Source: Acaryochloris marina S15 (GTDB lineage: Bacteria > Cyanobacteriota > Cyanobacteriia > Thermosynechococcales > Thermosynechococcaceae). Taken from it: a stretch of DNA of 32,000 nucleotides. Below, one piece after another: positions 17,676 to 25,876 of the stretch. The first letter of the stretch is position 1, and each line of letters starts with the position of its first letter. The position numbers and the translations under genes are program-made. The notes beneath the pieces were generated by a model. The model ran no database searches, was not told the origin of the DNA, and was given only the letters and a program-made list of their open reading frames with translations. Location of the stretch: contig NZ_CP064923.1 in assembly GCF_018336915.1 (NCBI RefSeq), positions 5,220,001 through 5,252,000 on the forward strand. The letters are read 5' to 3'.

Positions 17676-17945
17676 GCCAGTGCTACCGCACAAAAAAGGT
17701 GGACAAGGATACTCCATGATATTGATATTCCCTGGCAGATTTTGACCGAATTGATCACTACCGAGATTATCGCTTGATCTCTCAATGTTGCTAGTCAAGA
17801 TGAGGGACATTCTCACCGGAGTCGTACTCAAAGTTTCGAGAACGAGACGCATTTGACCTCGTCCATCTTTAAGAAAGAAACGGATAAAACTTCGTCAGGG
17901 TCCGATAACACTCGATATTCCCCGAAAACCTGTGCTAATCTTTTA

Positions 17946-17961
17946 TAGTACATATGCACTA
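17946..17961. promoter_or_regulatory. LexA-box-like imperfect palindrome TAGTACATATGCACTA immediately upstream of umuD
   Basis: The core AGTACATATGCACT (17947-17960) matches the cyanobacterial LexA consensus RGTACNNNDGTWCB, as I recall it, at 13 of 14 positions. It ends 6 nt before the umuD ATG. Confidence 0.4.
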
Positions 17962-17966
17962 TAAAT

Positions 17967-18398
17967 ATGCTCATTTGCTCAGTTCATGCTGTCTCTTGGG
18001 CAGATTCTCTCTGTCTGCCTTGTCTTGCTGCTCCCATTTCAGCCGGATTTCCTTCTACAGCTGATGACCATTTGCAGAACAATTTGAATTTGCAAGAAGC
18101 ACTCATTCCTCGTCCAGCCGCGACTTTCCTGATGCGCGTTCAAGGGGATTCGATGGAAGGCTGCGGAATCTTCTCGGGGGATTTATTGGTTGTGGATCGC
18201 TCACTGACACCAGTCGATGGGGCCGTGGTGATTGCTGTCTTAAACGGAGAATTTACAGTCAAGCAGCTACGGTTATCGCAAAAAACAATCTTATTGGCCG
18301 CAGCCAATTCAGACTATACGCCCATCGTTGTCAAAGCCGGGATGGAATTCCAGGTGTGGGGTGTGGTTACCTATGTGGTTCATGGGTTGCAGGTTTGA
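17967..18398 (+). CDS. umuD: UmuD-like S24 peptidase, translesion-synthesis accessory protein
   Basis: 143 aa. ISA-GFPSTADD (Ala26-Gly27 self-cleavage site), the catalytic Ser in QGDSM and the Lys in EFTVKQL. It is collinear with E. coli UmuD. Confidence 0.9.
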   Translation: MLICSVHAVSWADSLCLPCLAAPISAGFPSTADDHLQNNLNLQEALIPRPAATFLMRVQGDSMEGCGIFSGDLLVVDRSLTPVDGAVVIAVLNGEFTVKQLRLSQKTILLAAANSDYTPIVVKAGMEFQVWGVVTYVVHGLQV

Positions 18399-19660
18399 AA
18401 CGGCGTCTAATCGGGCTGTGTGACTGCAACTCCTTCTATGCCAGCTGTGAAATCGCTCTTAATCCTCGCTTGCAACATAAACCCGTTGTCATCGCTTCCA
18501 ACAATGATGGGGTTGTGGTCACCGGCAATGCTAAAGCTAAAGGCTTGGGCTTGAAAATGGGCGTACCGCTGTTCAAGGTTCAAGACCTAATTCAGCAGCA
18601 TGATGTACGAGTTTTTAGCTCCAACTATGCATTGTATGGTGACCTATCTCAGCGAGTCATGTCGGTTCTGGAGCAGCATACACCTGAACAAGAAATCTAT
18701 TCCATTGATGAGTGCTTTATGCGCATACCGGAATTTGCTGAGGCCACGACCTATTCTCATAACATTCGAAAAACGGTGATGAAATGGACAGGGATTCCTG
18801 TGTCGATTGGGGTTGCCACGTCCAAGACATTAGCGAAGATTGCCAATCATGTTGCTAAACAGCAGAAGCAGTATGGCGGGGTATTTGACCTTGCCACAGC
18901 GGGCAATGCTGAGGGGATTCTGGCAACCTTTCCCGTTAAGGAAATTTGGGGAATCGGACGACAATACAATAAGTGGCTGCTCAGCCAGGGAATTGAAACA
19001 GCGAAGGAACTACGAGATGCAAATGAAGGGATGATCCGCCAGAAGATGGGGGTGGTCGGTGTGCGGATGATCCATGAATTACGGGGAATTTCTTGTCTGC
19101 CACTGGAGCTAGTAGCGAAACCCAAAAAGGAAATCTGTGTATCTCGCTCCTTCGGCCAGCCTGTGACGGAGTTGGCGGATTTGCAAGATGCGATCGCAAC
19201 CCACGCATCCAGAGCCGCAGAGAAGCTTCGCCATCAACAGCAAGTGGCAGAGGCTATGATCGTCTTCGCCCGCACCAGCCCCTTTAAGTCGAGGTATTTT
19301 CGCCAATCAGCAACGGTACAGTTCCCCATTGCCACTAGCTATACGCCCGCCATGGTCGAGGCTGCCCGCAAAGCAATGGCACGCATCTATGAGCCGGGGC
19401 GAGAATTGCAGAAGGCCGGTGTACTAATGGTGGGTCTCTGTCCCGAAACAACCATCCAAGGGCATCTCTGGGAAAAAGATGAGGGATGGGAGAAACGTAA
19501 GCGGCTGATGTCAATTATGGATGAGGTGAATGATCGGTTTGGCCGAGGCACGATAGGCATTGCGGCTTCAGGGGTGAAGCAGACCTGGAAAATGCAGTCC
19601 AAGTGGCGATCGCCGAGGTATACAACCTGTTGGGCAGAGTTACCTGTGGCGAGTTGTTGA
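18356..19660 (+). CDS. umuC: Y-family DNA polymerase, UmuC-like (Pol V catalytic subunit); the true start may be TTG at 18395
   Basis: IGLCDCNSFYASCE, SIDECF and GIPVSIGVATSKTLAK. The track ATG at 18356 overlaps umuD by 43 nt. An in-frame TTG at 18395-18397 overlaps the umuD TGA (18396-18398) and gives an N-terminus of normal UmuC length. Confidence 0.92.
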   Translation: MGCGYLCGSWVAGLKRRLIGLCDCNSFYASCEIALNPRLQHKPVVIASNNDGVVVTGNAKAKGLGLKMGVPLFKVQDLIQQHDVRVFSSNYALYGDLSQRVMSVLEQHTPEQEIYSIDECFMRIPEFAEATTYSHNIRKTVMKWTGIPVSIGVATSKTLAKIANHVAKQQKQYGGVFDLATAGNAEGILATFPVKEIWGIGRQYNKWLLSQGIETAKELRDANEGMIRQKMGVVGVRMIHELRGISCLPLELVAKPKKEICVSRSFGQPVTELADLQDAIATHASRAAEKLRHQQQVAEAMIVFARTSPFKSRYFRQSATVQFPIATSYTPAMVEAARKAMARIYEPGRELQKAGVLMVGLCPETTIQGHLWEKDEGWEKRKRLMSIMDEVNDRFGRGTIGIAASGVKQTWKMQSKWRSPRYTTCWAELPVASC

Positions 19661-19661
19661 G

Positions 19662-19709
19662 GGCACCTATCTAAGGTTGCGATCACGCCACTGACTTTAG
19701 ATAGGTGCC
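19662..19709 (+). terminator. 13-bp stem hairpin directly after the umuC stop (possible terminator; no U tract)
   Basis: GGCACCTATCTAA (19662-19674) pairs with TTAGATAGGTGCC (19697-19709). The loop is 22 nt. It is followed by AACCTCC, not by a T run. Confidence 0.3.
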
Positions 19710-19840
19710 AACCTCCAAGGCAGTTAGCAATGTTTTCGCATATTGGATTCTATAGACCTAAGCAGCCCACCAAATTTGGAAAACAACGTACACTCATGGG
19801 TAAAACGTCAATGCGTTTGGCCATTTAGTTGCAGTGACCA

Positions 19841-20374
19841 ATGACTCAAAGTTCAGGGTTCTTTAATCAACGCTATGTGAACAACTTTGTTCCCCTGCCA
19901 GGTAAAGGAGAACCTGCTGTTGGACAGCTCGCGCCAGACTTTGAACTGCCTCAGGTAGGGGGAAACCTGGTCAAACTTTCGGACTACCGTGGACAGCAGC
20001 CTGTGTTCCTCGCCTTTACTCGTATCTTTACCGAAAAACTTTTTTGCCCTTTTTGCTATCCCCATATTCAAGATTTGAAGGAGCGCTACTCAGAGATTAT
20101 GGATCGGGGGGCAGAGTTGCTCATGATCTCCAGTACGGATCAAATACAGAGTGAGCAAGTTGTTTCTGATTTAGACCTGCCTTACCCCTTTTTATATGAT
20201 CCGAAATGTGAGAGTTTCCGCAATTATGGAGCAGGGCAAGCTCTAGGTGCTCCTTTACCGGCTCAATATATCGTAGATTTAGACGGCAAAATTCGCTTCC
20301 GTCATATGTTTTCTTTTGTCGATCACAATGCAGGAATAGATGAAGTGCTCACCCTGCTTGAGGGTTTACGGTAG
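19841..20374 (+). CDS. AhpC/TSA (redoxin) family thiol peroxidase or thiol-disulfide oxidoreductase
   Basis: 177 aa. GQLAPDFELPQVGGNLVKLSDYRGQQPVFLAF is typical of a peroxiredoxin N-terminus. A CPFC motif is present. Confidence 0.8.
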   Translation: MTQSSGFFNQRYVNNFVPLPGKGEPAVGQLAPDFELPQVGGNLVKLSDYRGQQPVFLAFTRIFTEKLFCPFCYPHIQDLKERYSEIMDRGAELLMISSTDQIQSEQVVSDLDLPYPFLYDPKCESFRNYGAGQALGAPLPAQYIVDLDGKIRFRHMFSFVDHNAGIDEVLTLLEGLR

Positions 20375-20398
20375 AGAAACACCTAATCGCCCTAGCAC

Positions 20399-21595
20399 TT
20401 AAATAATCAGCCAAGTTGCTAAGCCCCAAAAGGGAATGAATCGCAGCCAACGTTTCTGAGGGCTTGTTTCTACAGCTCCTAACAGCACAATCTGAAAGAG
20501 AGTAAAGAATACCAAGTCAACGCAAAACGCCACCGAGACCCGGCTCGTCGTTAACTGAGTCCCGAAATATTGGCATCGTTCGGCTACAGTGCCAAATTCT
20601 GGTCCGACAAACCCAAACCAGAACAGTGCAATCCCACTGACCAATAGCCCTGTCCAGCCAAAGGCACGAGCCAAGAATCCTTTCGCAGGTGAGGGAACTG
20701 CTTCGGGAATCGGCATGGCAGCTCTCATAGCCATATACGGAATCATAAAAGCATTAGTCAGAAAGAGAGCCATACTCCAGATCGCCACTTTCGGTAGCTT
20801 GCGGCTGCGCATATCGGCCAGCAGTAGGGGTAAGAAAATAAAGATCCAAGCAATCGCAAAGTTAAAAAAGGCTTGGTCTACAGGATGGACAGCAGGAGCC
20901 TCCAAGTATTGAATGCCTAAGGTATTGGCCAGAGGCAAAATGAAAAAGAAATTGAGGGACTCATTCAAGACTTCTTGCCAGGTTTCTGATTGAATCGCCC
21001 ACACCGGCTCTGCGGGCATAATCTGTCCCGGTGGCGATAAAAACAAGATGTAAATGTAGGCTCCTGCCAGCAGCCATAGCAATCTCGATATCCACAACTG
21101 TTGGGCAGGCAGTTCTGTGCTGTTAGCTGAGTTCTGGGACGCTATTTGTTCTTCTGCCGTGATTGGTTTGAGCAATAAGCGCACCAAGGGAGCAATCAAC
21201 CGTAGAATCACAAAGGCTCCCTTACCAGGCTTGATAACGGGTTCAACCAAATCTCGTGCAAATATCAGTTTGCCAGTTTCCTCAGATAGTCGGCAAAAGC
21301 TCACTCCGCGTCCATTGGGCAGGGGAATGCCGCCTAGCTCCACATGCCAGAGAATGCCAACCGCGAGAGCATCACCTTCTGTAATATCGTCCACCACAAA
21401 CAGCAAGTCTGCAGGCATCCCTTTACAGGATTCGGTGAATAACTCTCCCACCGCGGCTTTCCCTTGAAAGGGTTGGGGAAAGTTTAGATCTTGATAACAA
21501 CAGTCTGGATCAATATATTCCAGCGCTTTGGGGACATTACGCTCATTAATAGCCTCATACATGGCCTGAATAAGGAGATGGGCTGGGAGTGTCAT
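20399..21595 (-). CDS. Fusion protein: N-terminal NTF2/SnoaL-like domain plus C-terminal polytopic membrane domain
   Basis: 398 aa. The first 120 aa or so (AMYEAINERNVPKALEYIDPDCCYQDL...GKAAVGELF...ILWHVELGG) look SnoaL/NTF2-like. The C-terminal 230 aa or so contain about 6 hydrophobic helices. Confidence 0.65.
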   Translation of the reverse strand: MTLPAHLLIQAMYEAINERNVPKALEYIDPDCCYQDLNFPQPFQGKAAVGELFTESCKGMPADLLFVVDDITEGDALAVGILWHVELGGIPLPNGRGVSFCRLSEETGKLIFARDLVEPVIKPGKGAFVILRLIAPLVRLLLKPITAEEQIASQNSANSTELPAQQLWISRLLWLLAGAYIYILFLSPPGQIMPAEPVWAIQSETWQEVLNESLNFFFILPLANTLGIQYLEAPAVHPVDQAFFNFAIAWIFIFLPLLLADMRSRKLPKVAIWSMALFLTNAFMIPYMAMRAAMPIPEAVPSPAKGFLARAFGWTGLLVSGIALFWFGFVGPEFGTVAERCQYFGTQLTTSRVSVAFCVDLVFFTLFQIVLLGAVETSPQKRWLRFIPFWGLATWLII

Positions 21596-21788
21596 GGGGT
21601 TCAGGAAATAGAGGAGAACATTAGCCGGGTTAGCATTTGAGCAGCAGGCACCGTGAGGACAAAGCCAGCTTTCTGAAACGGATGTCTACTCAAATTCTGG
21701 GCAAAAAGTGATCTTTGTGGACAGCTATCATTTTACTCAAGGTTAGCGGGTCCCCTCGCTCATCATTTATTACCTTCCCAGCCATGTG

Positions 21789-22313
21789 CTAGGAACTAGT
21801 TATTTTGGGTACTAGAGAGGATGAATATCGAGCAGAAATAACTTTACCCTCTGGATTAAAGCTGATGACGATGCCATCACAATCCAGTAGATAATTACCA
21901 GGCTCAACCAGATAGAGCTTTTGTGAAATTCTGGCTTTCGTCTCTTCTTCACTAGATTTCCAGTTCTCTTCACTCGGCAAGGGAAACGAAGTACCTTCAT
22001 AATTCTGTCGGACGGCAGCTCTTACCTGGGGCAGGGTCATCTCTTGCTGCAAAGAAAAGTAAAAGCTGAGAAAGGGCCTAATCGGTGACCCATAGTAAAA
22101 CACAACCAGCACAACAACGGGCTGAATCAGTAAAAGATAGCGCCATTTTTTAGATCTGCAGAAATATAGTAGCGTTACAGAAAATAGGCTAGAAGCTAAC
22201 AGTAATAGAAACCAAACGTCAAATGCAGGCAGCGCAAGGGCTAGATGTATGGACCAGATATAAATTGTTGAGATGATGATGAGCCATACAAAAAGAGCCA
22301 GTTCTAGCCTCAT
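21789..22313 (-). CDS. Hypothetical membrane protein (3 TM helices plus a soluble C-terminal domain)
   Basis: 174-aa ORF with an ATG start, AT-rich codons and three N-terminal hydrophobic helices. No recognisable family. Confidence 0.5.
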   Translation of the reverse strand: MRLELALFVWLIIISTIYIWSIHLALALPAFDVWFLLLLASSLFSVTLLYFCRSKKWRYLLLIQPVVVLVVFYYGSPIRPFLSFYFSLQQEMTLPQVRAAVRQNYEGTSFPLPSEENWKSSEEETKARISQKLYLVEPGNYLLDCDGIVISFNPEGKVISARYSSSLVPKITSS

Positions 22314-22469
22314 AACCTCAGATTCTAATAGAGTGAAACGCCAATCTTATGAAACTATTGTGCGATCGCAACTGATATACGCCAAAGAATCAGCACACTG
22401 TGCCAACACTAGTCCCAGGACACTGCAGGTTATCAGCAGTGGCAACTTAACTTTAGTATCCTCCAATCA

Positions 22470-23690
22470 CTATAAAAGAGACTGGGTGAGTTGCTCTTGA
22501 GTCGGAATATCAGCAGGAAGAAACGTCCTTAAATCGTCCTTAGTCGGTCTGGCTAAAGCAGCCAAACGGCTACATTGCATTGCCACACAACGATCAAACA
22601 GATTTCTGACGAATCGACCATTGCCCAATTCACCGATCTGGGTTTCATATTGTCCAATCAAATGGCGCATGGACTTCAAGGTTTGATCAGAGAGTAGATA
22701 GCCATGCTGTTCACAACTCGCCTTAAAAATATCGGCTAATTCAGATGGTGCATAGTCTTCAAAATGGATTGCTCTAGAGAACCTGGACTTTAAACCCGGG
22801 TTGGAGTCAATAAAACGAGCCATCTCTATTTTGTAGCCTGCCACCACCACCACCAAATTTTCTCTGTGGTCTTCCATCAGCTTGAGGAGTGTATTGATTG
22901 CTTCTTGCCCAAAGGCATCTCCACGACCATCTGCAACAAGTGCATAAGCCTCATCAATAAAAAGCACCCCTCCCAAGGCCGATTCGATCACTTTTGTGGT
23001 TTTAGGCGCTGTTTGCCCCACATATTCAGCCACTAAAAGACTGCGATCAACTTCGACAAAGTGTCCTTTTGAAACCACACCTAGATGCTTATAAATCTCC
23101 CCCAGCAGCCTCGCAACCGTGGTTTTGCCTGTTCCAGGATTGCCTGTGAATACCAAATGTCTCGTGATCGCAGGAGACTTGATGCCGACGTTCGCTTGCA
23201 TCTGAGAGACCTTGGCGATATTGACTAACTCCTGAACTGTAGATTTAACCGTATCTAAACCCGTTAGGGCATGAAGTTGTTTGAGAGCGTGTTGCAGTGC
23301 ATCTTGATTACTATTTTTTTTCTTCTGATCAGAAGAAATCTCACCATGCTTGCTCTTTTGGCTCAGTGGATTGCGATTGGTTCGCTGGGGTGGCTTAGGG
23401 ACTAAAGATTGTCCCCGAATTCTCTCCAAAGTCCGAACGGTTTCTTGATCCTTAGACCATTGGTATTCCAGTAAGTCTTTCAGACCTGGATTCCAACCTT
23501 TCTGAAACCCTAAACGTCTGGTAAGCTCTTCCAATTCATCCTGTTCAAGCGCAAACTCCTGTTTCAATTGTCCATAAACCCAGCCTTCCGAAAGACATAA
23601 GTTGAGTTTTTGACGAATCAGTACAGAAAGATATTGGTCGACGTCTTGACGCATTGGCACGAATTTCCCATAAATTGGATTTTTCATCAC
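22470..23690 (-). CDS. AAA+ ATPase of the CbbX/CfxQ/SpoVK type with an unassigned N-terminal domain of about 170 aa
   Basis: Walker A FTGNPGTGKTT, Walker B VLFIDEAYAL, VVVAGY and NPGLKSRF. The track start is a GTG (23690) and an ATG follows at 23687. Confidence 0.9.
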   Translation of the reverse strand: MMKNPIYGKFVPMRQDVDQYLSVLIRQKLNLCLSEGWVYGQLKQEFALEQDELEELTRRLGFQKGWNPGLKDLLEYQWSKDQETVRTLERIRGQSLVPKPPQRTNRNPLSQKSKHGEISSDQKKKNSNQDALQHALKQLHALTGLDTVKSTVQELVNIAKVSQMQANVGIKSPAITRHLVFTGNPGTGKTTVARLLGEIYKHLGVVSKGHFVEVDRSLLVAEYVGQTAPKTTKVIESALGGVLFIDEAYALVADGRGDAFGQEAINTLLKLMEDHRENLVVVVAGYKIEMARFIDSNPGLKSRFSRAIHFEDYAPSELADIFKASCEQHGYLLSDQTLKSMRHLIGQYETQIGELGNGRFVRNLFDRCVAMQCSRLAALARPTKDDLRTFLPADIPTQEQLTQSLL

Positions 23691-24157
23691 CTGGGATATG
23701 GCTGATTAATCCCAAATTCATGAAAAATTTAATCAGTCTAACAATAGATAATTCCCGAAAAGTTAAGGCTATAGATTGACTGAGTAAACAGCATAATTCC
23801 TCCATAAATCCTAAGGATTTCAATCATAAAAAGAATTCATACTGATTTTTTCGATTTGGGTAGAAATATTATGCTGTGCACCCTAAAAAGACTATGTTCG
23901 CCATTTAGGCAGCAGCCCAATGCCACTAGCAAGGCACAAGATAAGATCGTCAAGCGAATATTCTGGTCCATGAAATAGACGTTAGGTGGTCGCCATTTCT
24001 AACCCATTTATTTACATATTCAACATCTTTCTCAATGGCAGAGCCTAGGGTTCATTTCTAGATTGCCCAAACTGAGATGGAACTCTGTCAGTGTAATTTT
24101 TCAAGTCGAGGATCGCATAATAGCGCTTGGAGTCGCTAAGTTTTAGGTCGTGCAAAT

Positions 24158-25588
24158 TTACGGCGTAGGCCCTTGCATCAGGACATTGACATTGTCATCT
24201 ACTTTATCTCCAGCACCACTGAAGATAACATCCAAGGCCATTGGATCTTCGAGAACCGTCGCTCGGAGAAATAATGCTGTCCAAGTTCCAATCGTTTGGA
24301 TTGCCAGCGCTTGAGAAAGGTCTTGCACTTTAGGATCTTGGAAAATAGCTGGAACAACAGCAGGCGTATTGACTGGGTTCTTAGGTGCATTGCTATTCGT
24401 GATGCCAAAATGATTGGCCCCCGTGATAGATACCAGCACCTTCAGCGGATTCCCTAACTGCTGATAGGTTTCTTTGGTCTTCTCGGGAAACGATCGCCCA
24501 TCCTTTTCACCAAAGATTAAAGCCGTGGGAATCGTGTCGTTATTTATAGGGGGAACAGGATCACCCGTATAGGGCTTAAGGTGAGTGCCATAGAAAACAG
24601 CAGCAACTAATTCTTCCGGCTGCTTGAACTCACCATAAAGGCATTTAGGAATAGAACATCCTCCCTGCACAGCGTTTAATCCTGCAGCCCCTCCTAAAGA
24701 ATGGCCTAGCAGTACCAATTGCTCTGGGTTGATAACCTCGGCCACAGGAGAAACCGTCGGATCTTTGATGAAAGTCCAGACCTCATTAATCAATTTCAAT
24801 TCAGGGTAATACCCTGTTGTGGTTGGCGCAGGGGGTGGCAAAGGCCAAATTCTTAAGTTATTGGGAATGACCACTACAAAGCCATAGCTCGCAACCACTT
24901 TGGCATATTCGGAGTAGTGAGATTTATCTACATTGGCTCCCTGAAGCAACAGAGCCACAGGAAAAGGTTTAGCACTCGGATCAGATTTGGCTCTGAGGGG
25001 AACAAAGATATCTGCGGCATCCCCACTGGGCGTAATCACCGTCTCTAACTGCTGAATCTCAGAAAAGAGGGGGGCAGGTAAGGCAGGTGAAGCGTTAGCT
25101 AAAGTTCTTCGACTTTTGATCTTTTGAGCTGTGATCCCCGTGAGAGTGCTTGTTTCTCCAGGCTTAATCACTCTCAGTGTCTCAGGACCATCTTTGAATA
25201 TCCAATCACTTAAAAAATCCGGATGTTCAGCAATCTCAAAAATACTCAGCCACAGATCATTGTCAGGCTCACCTGTTAAGGATCTATTACTGATTACGTT
25301 TTTACCCTTACCCGCGCTTTTATCTATAGCCGTCCCTGCCGTGACATGGCCAGAATCTCTTCTTTCAACAATGAAACTTTGATGCAACCACCCATCATTG
25401 TCTGCTTTTACATTCATATTGGGATTCACATGAATCCTTGGCTGAGTCATATGGGAAGTTTCAAGCTGATTGGCATGCGCTTTTTGATGACGAAAATCAA
25501 CGGCTAATAATGCTGATAGACCTATTCCTATTACTCCAGCACGAATAACCGTTAACGTTATCTTTTGACGCAAAATAAGGCTGTTCAT
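24158..25588 (-). CDS. Membrane-anchored alpha/beta hydrolase (chlorophyllase / PAF-acetylhydrolase / dienelactone-hydrolase-like)
   Basis: 476 aa with an N-terminal TM anchor (VIRAGVIGIGLSALLAV). PFPVALLLQGANVDKSHYSEYAKVVASYGFVVVIPNN is followed by the nucleophile elbow LLGHSLGG. The first 170 aa or so are unassigned. Confidence 0.8.
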   Translation of the reverse strand: MNSLILRQKITLTVIRAGVIGIGLSALLAVDFRHQKAHANQLETSHMTQPRIHVNPNMNVKADNDGWLHQSFIVERRDSGHVTAGTAIDKSAGKGKNVISNRSLTGEPDNDLWLSIFEIAEHPDFLSDWIFKDGPETLRVIKPGETSTLTGITAQKIKSRRTLANASPALPAPLFSEIQQLETVITPSGDAADIFVPLRAKSDPSAKPFPVALLLQGANVDKSHYSEYAKVVASYGFVVVIPNNLRIWPLPPPAPTTTGYYPELKLINEVWTFIKDPTVSPVAEVINPEQLVLLGHSLGGAAGLNAVQGGCSIPKCLYGEFKQPEELVAAVFYGTHLKPYTGDPVPPINNDTIPTALIFGEKDGRSFPEKTKETYQQLGNPLKVLVSITGANHFGITNSNAPKNPVNTPAVVPAIFQDPKVQDLSQALAIQTIGTWTALFLRATVLEDPMALDVIFSGAGDKVDDNVNVLMQGPTP

Positions 25589-25673
25589 ATAGTAAATTAA
25601 ATAATTTTCACAAGAATAAAAATCACAGAAAATTGTTGCTCAAGTCTTTTCAATCCTACATTCAGCAGGCTAG

Positions 25674-25874
25674 CTAGCAGAGCAGATAATATTTTTTACA
25701 GCCCTTCCCAAGGAACGGCAAGATAAGTTGCTGCCTGCTGTTGAGCTTGATGAGATGCTTGGCACCATCAAGCCAAACTAAATGGACGGCCTGAAAGCAT
25801 TGGAGAATCCAACGTAACGTAGGTTTCATAGTTTGTTTCCCCTTCTGATTAGGGAGAGTTGTTTGTACTTGTTC
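25674..25874 (-). pseudogene. C-terminal 66 codons of the interrupted IS1634-family transposase
   Basis: Minus-strand translation reads EQVQTTLPNQKGKQTMKPTLRWILQCFQAVHLVWLDGAKHLIKLNSRQQLILPFLGKGCKKYYLLC-stop. It joins in frame to ...LGQRQLRNAL once the IS630 and one TA copy are removed. Confidence 0.8.
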
Positions 25875-25876
25875 TA

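Noticed and set aside
17538-17852. 104-aa minus-strand ORF between the nucleotidyltransferase and umuD
   Set aside because: Half of it is antisense to the nucleotidyltransferase 3' end. The intergenic half has no recognisable features or obvious ribosome-binding site. A small gene or antisense RNA cannot be fully excluded.
20589-21467. Plus-strand ORFs 20589-20912 and 21117-21467
   Set aside because: They are antisense to the NTF2/membrane fusion gene and have no motifs.
23545-23823. 92-aa minus-strand ORF overlapping the AAA+ ATPase start
   Set aside because: It is in a different frame from the ATPase, its sequence is AT-rich and of low information content, and it would overlap the ATPase N-terminus by about 145 nt.
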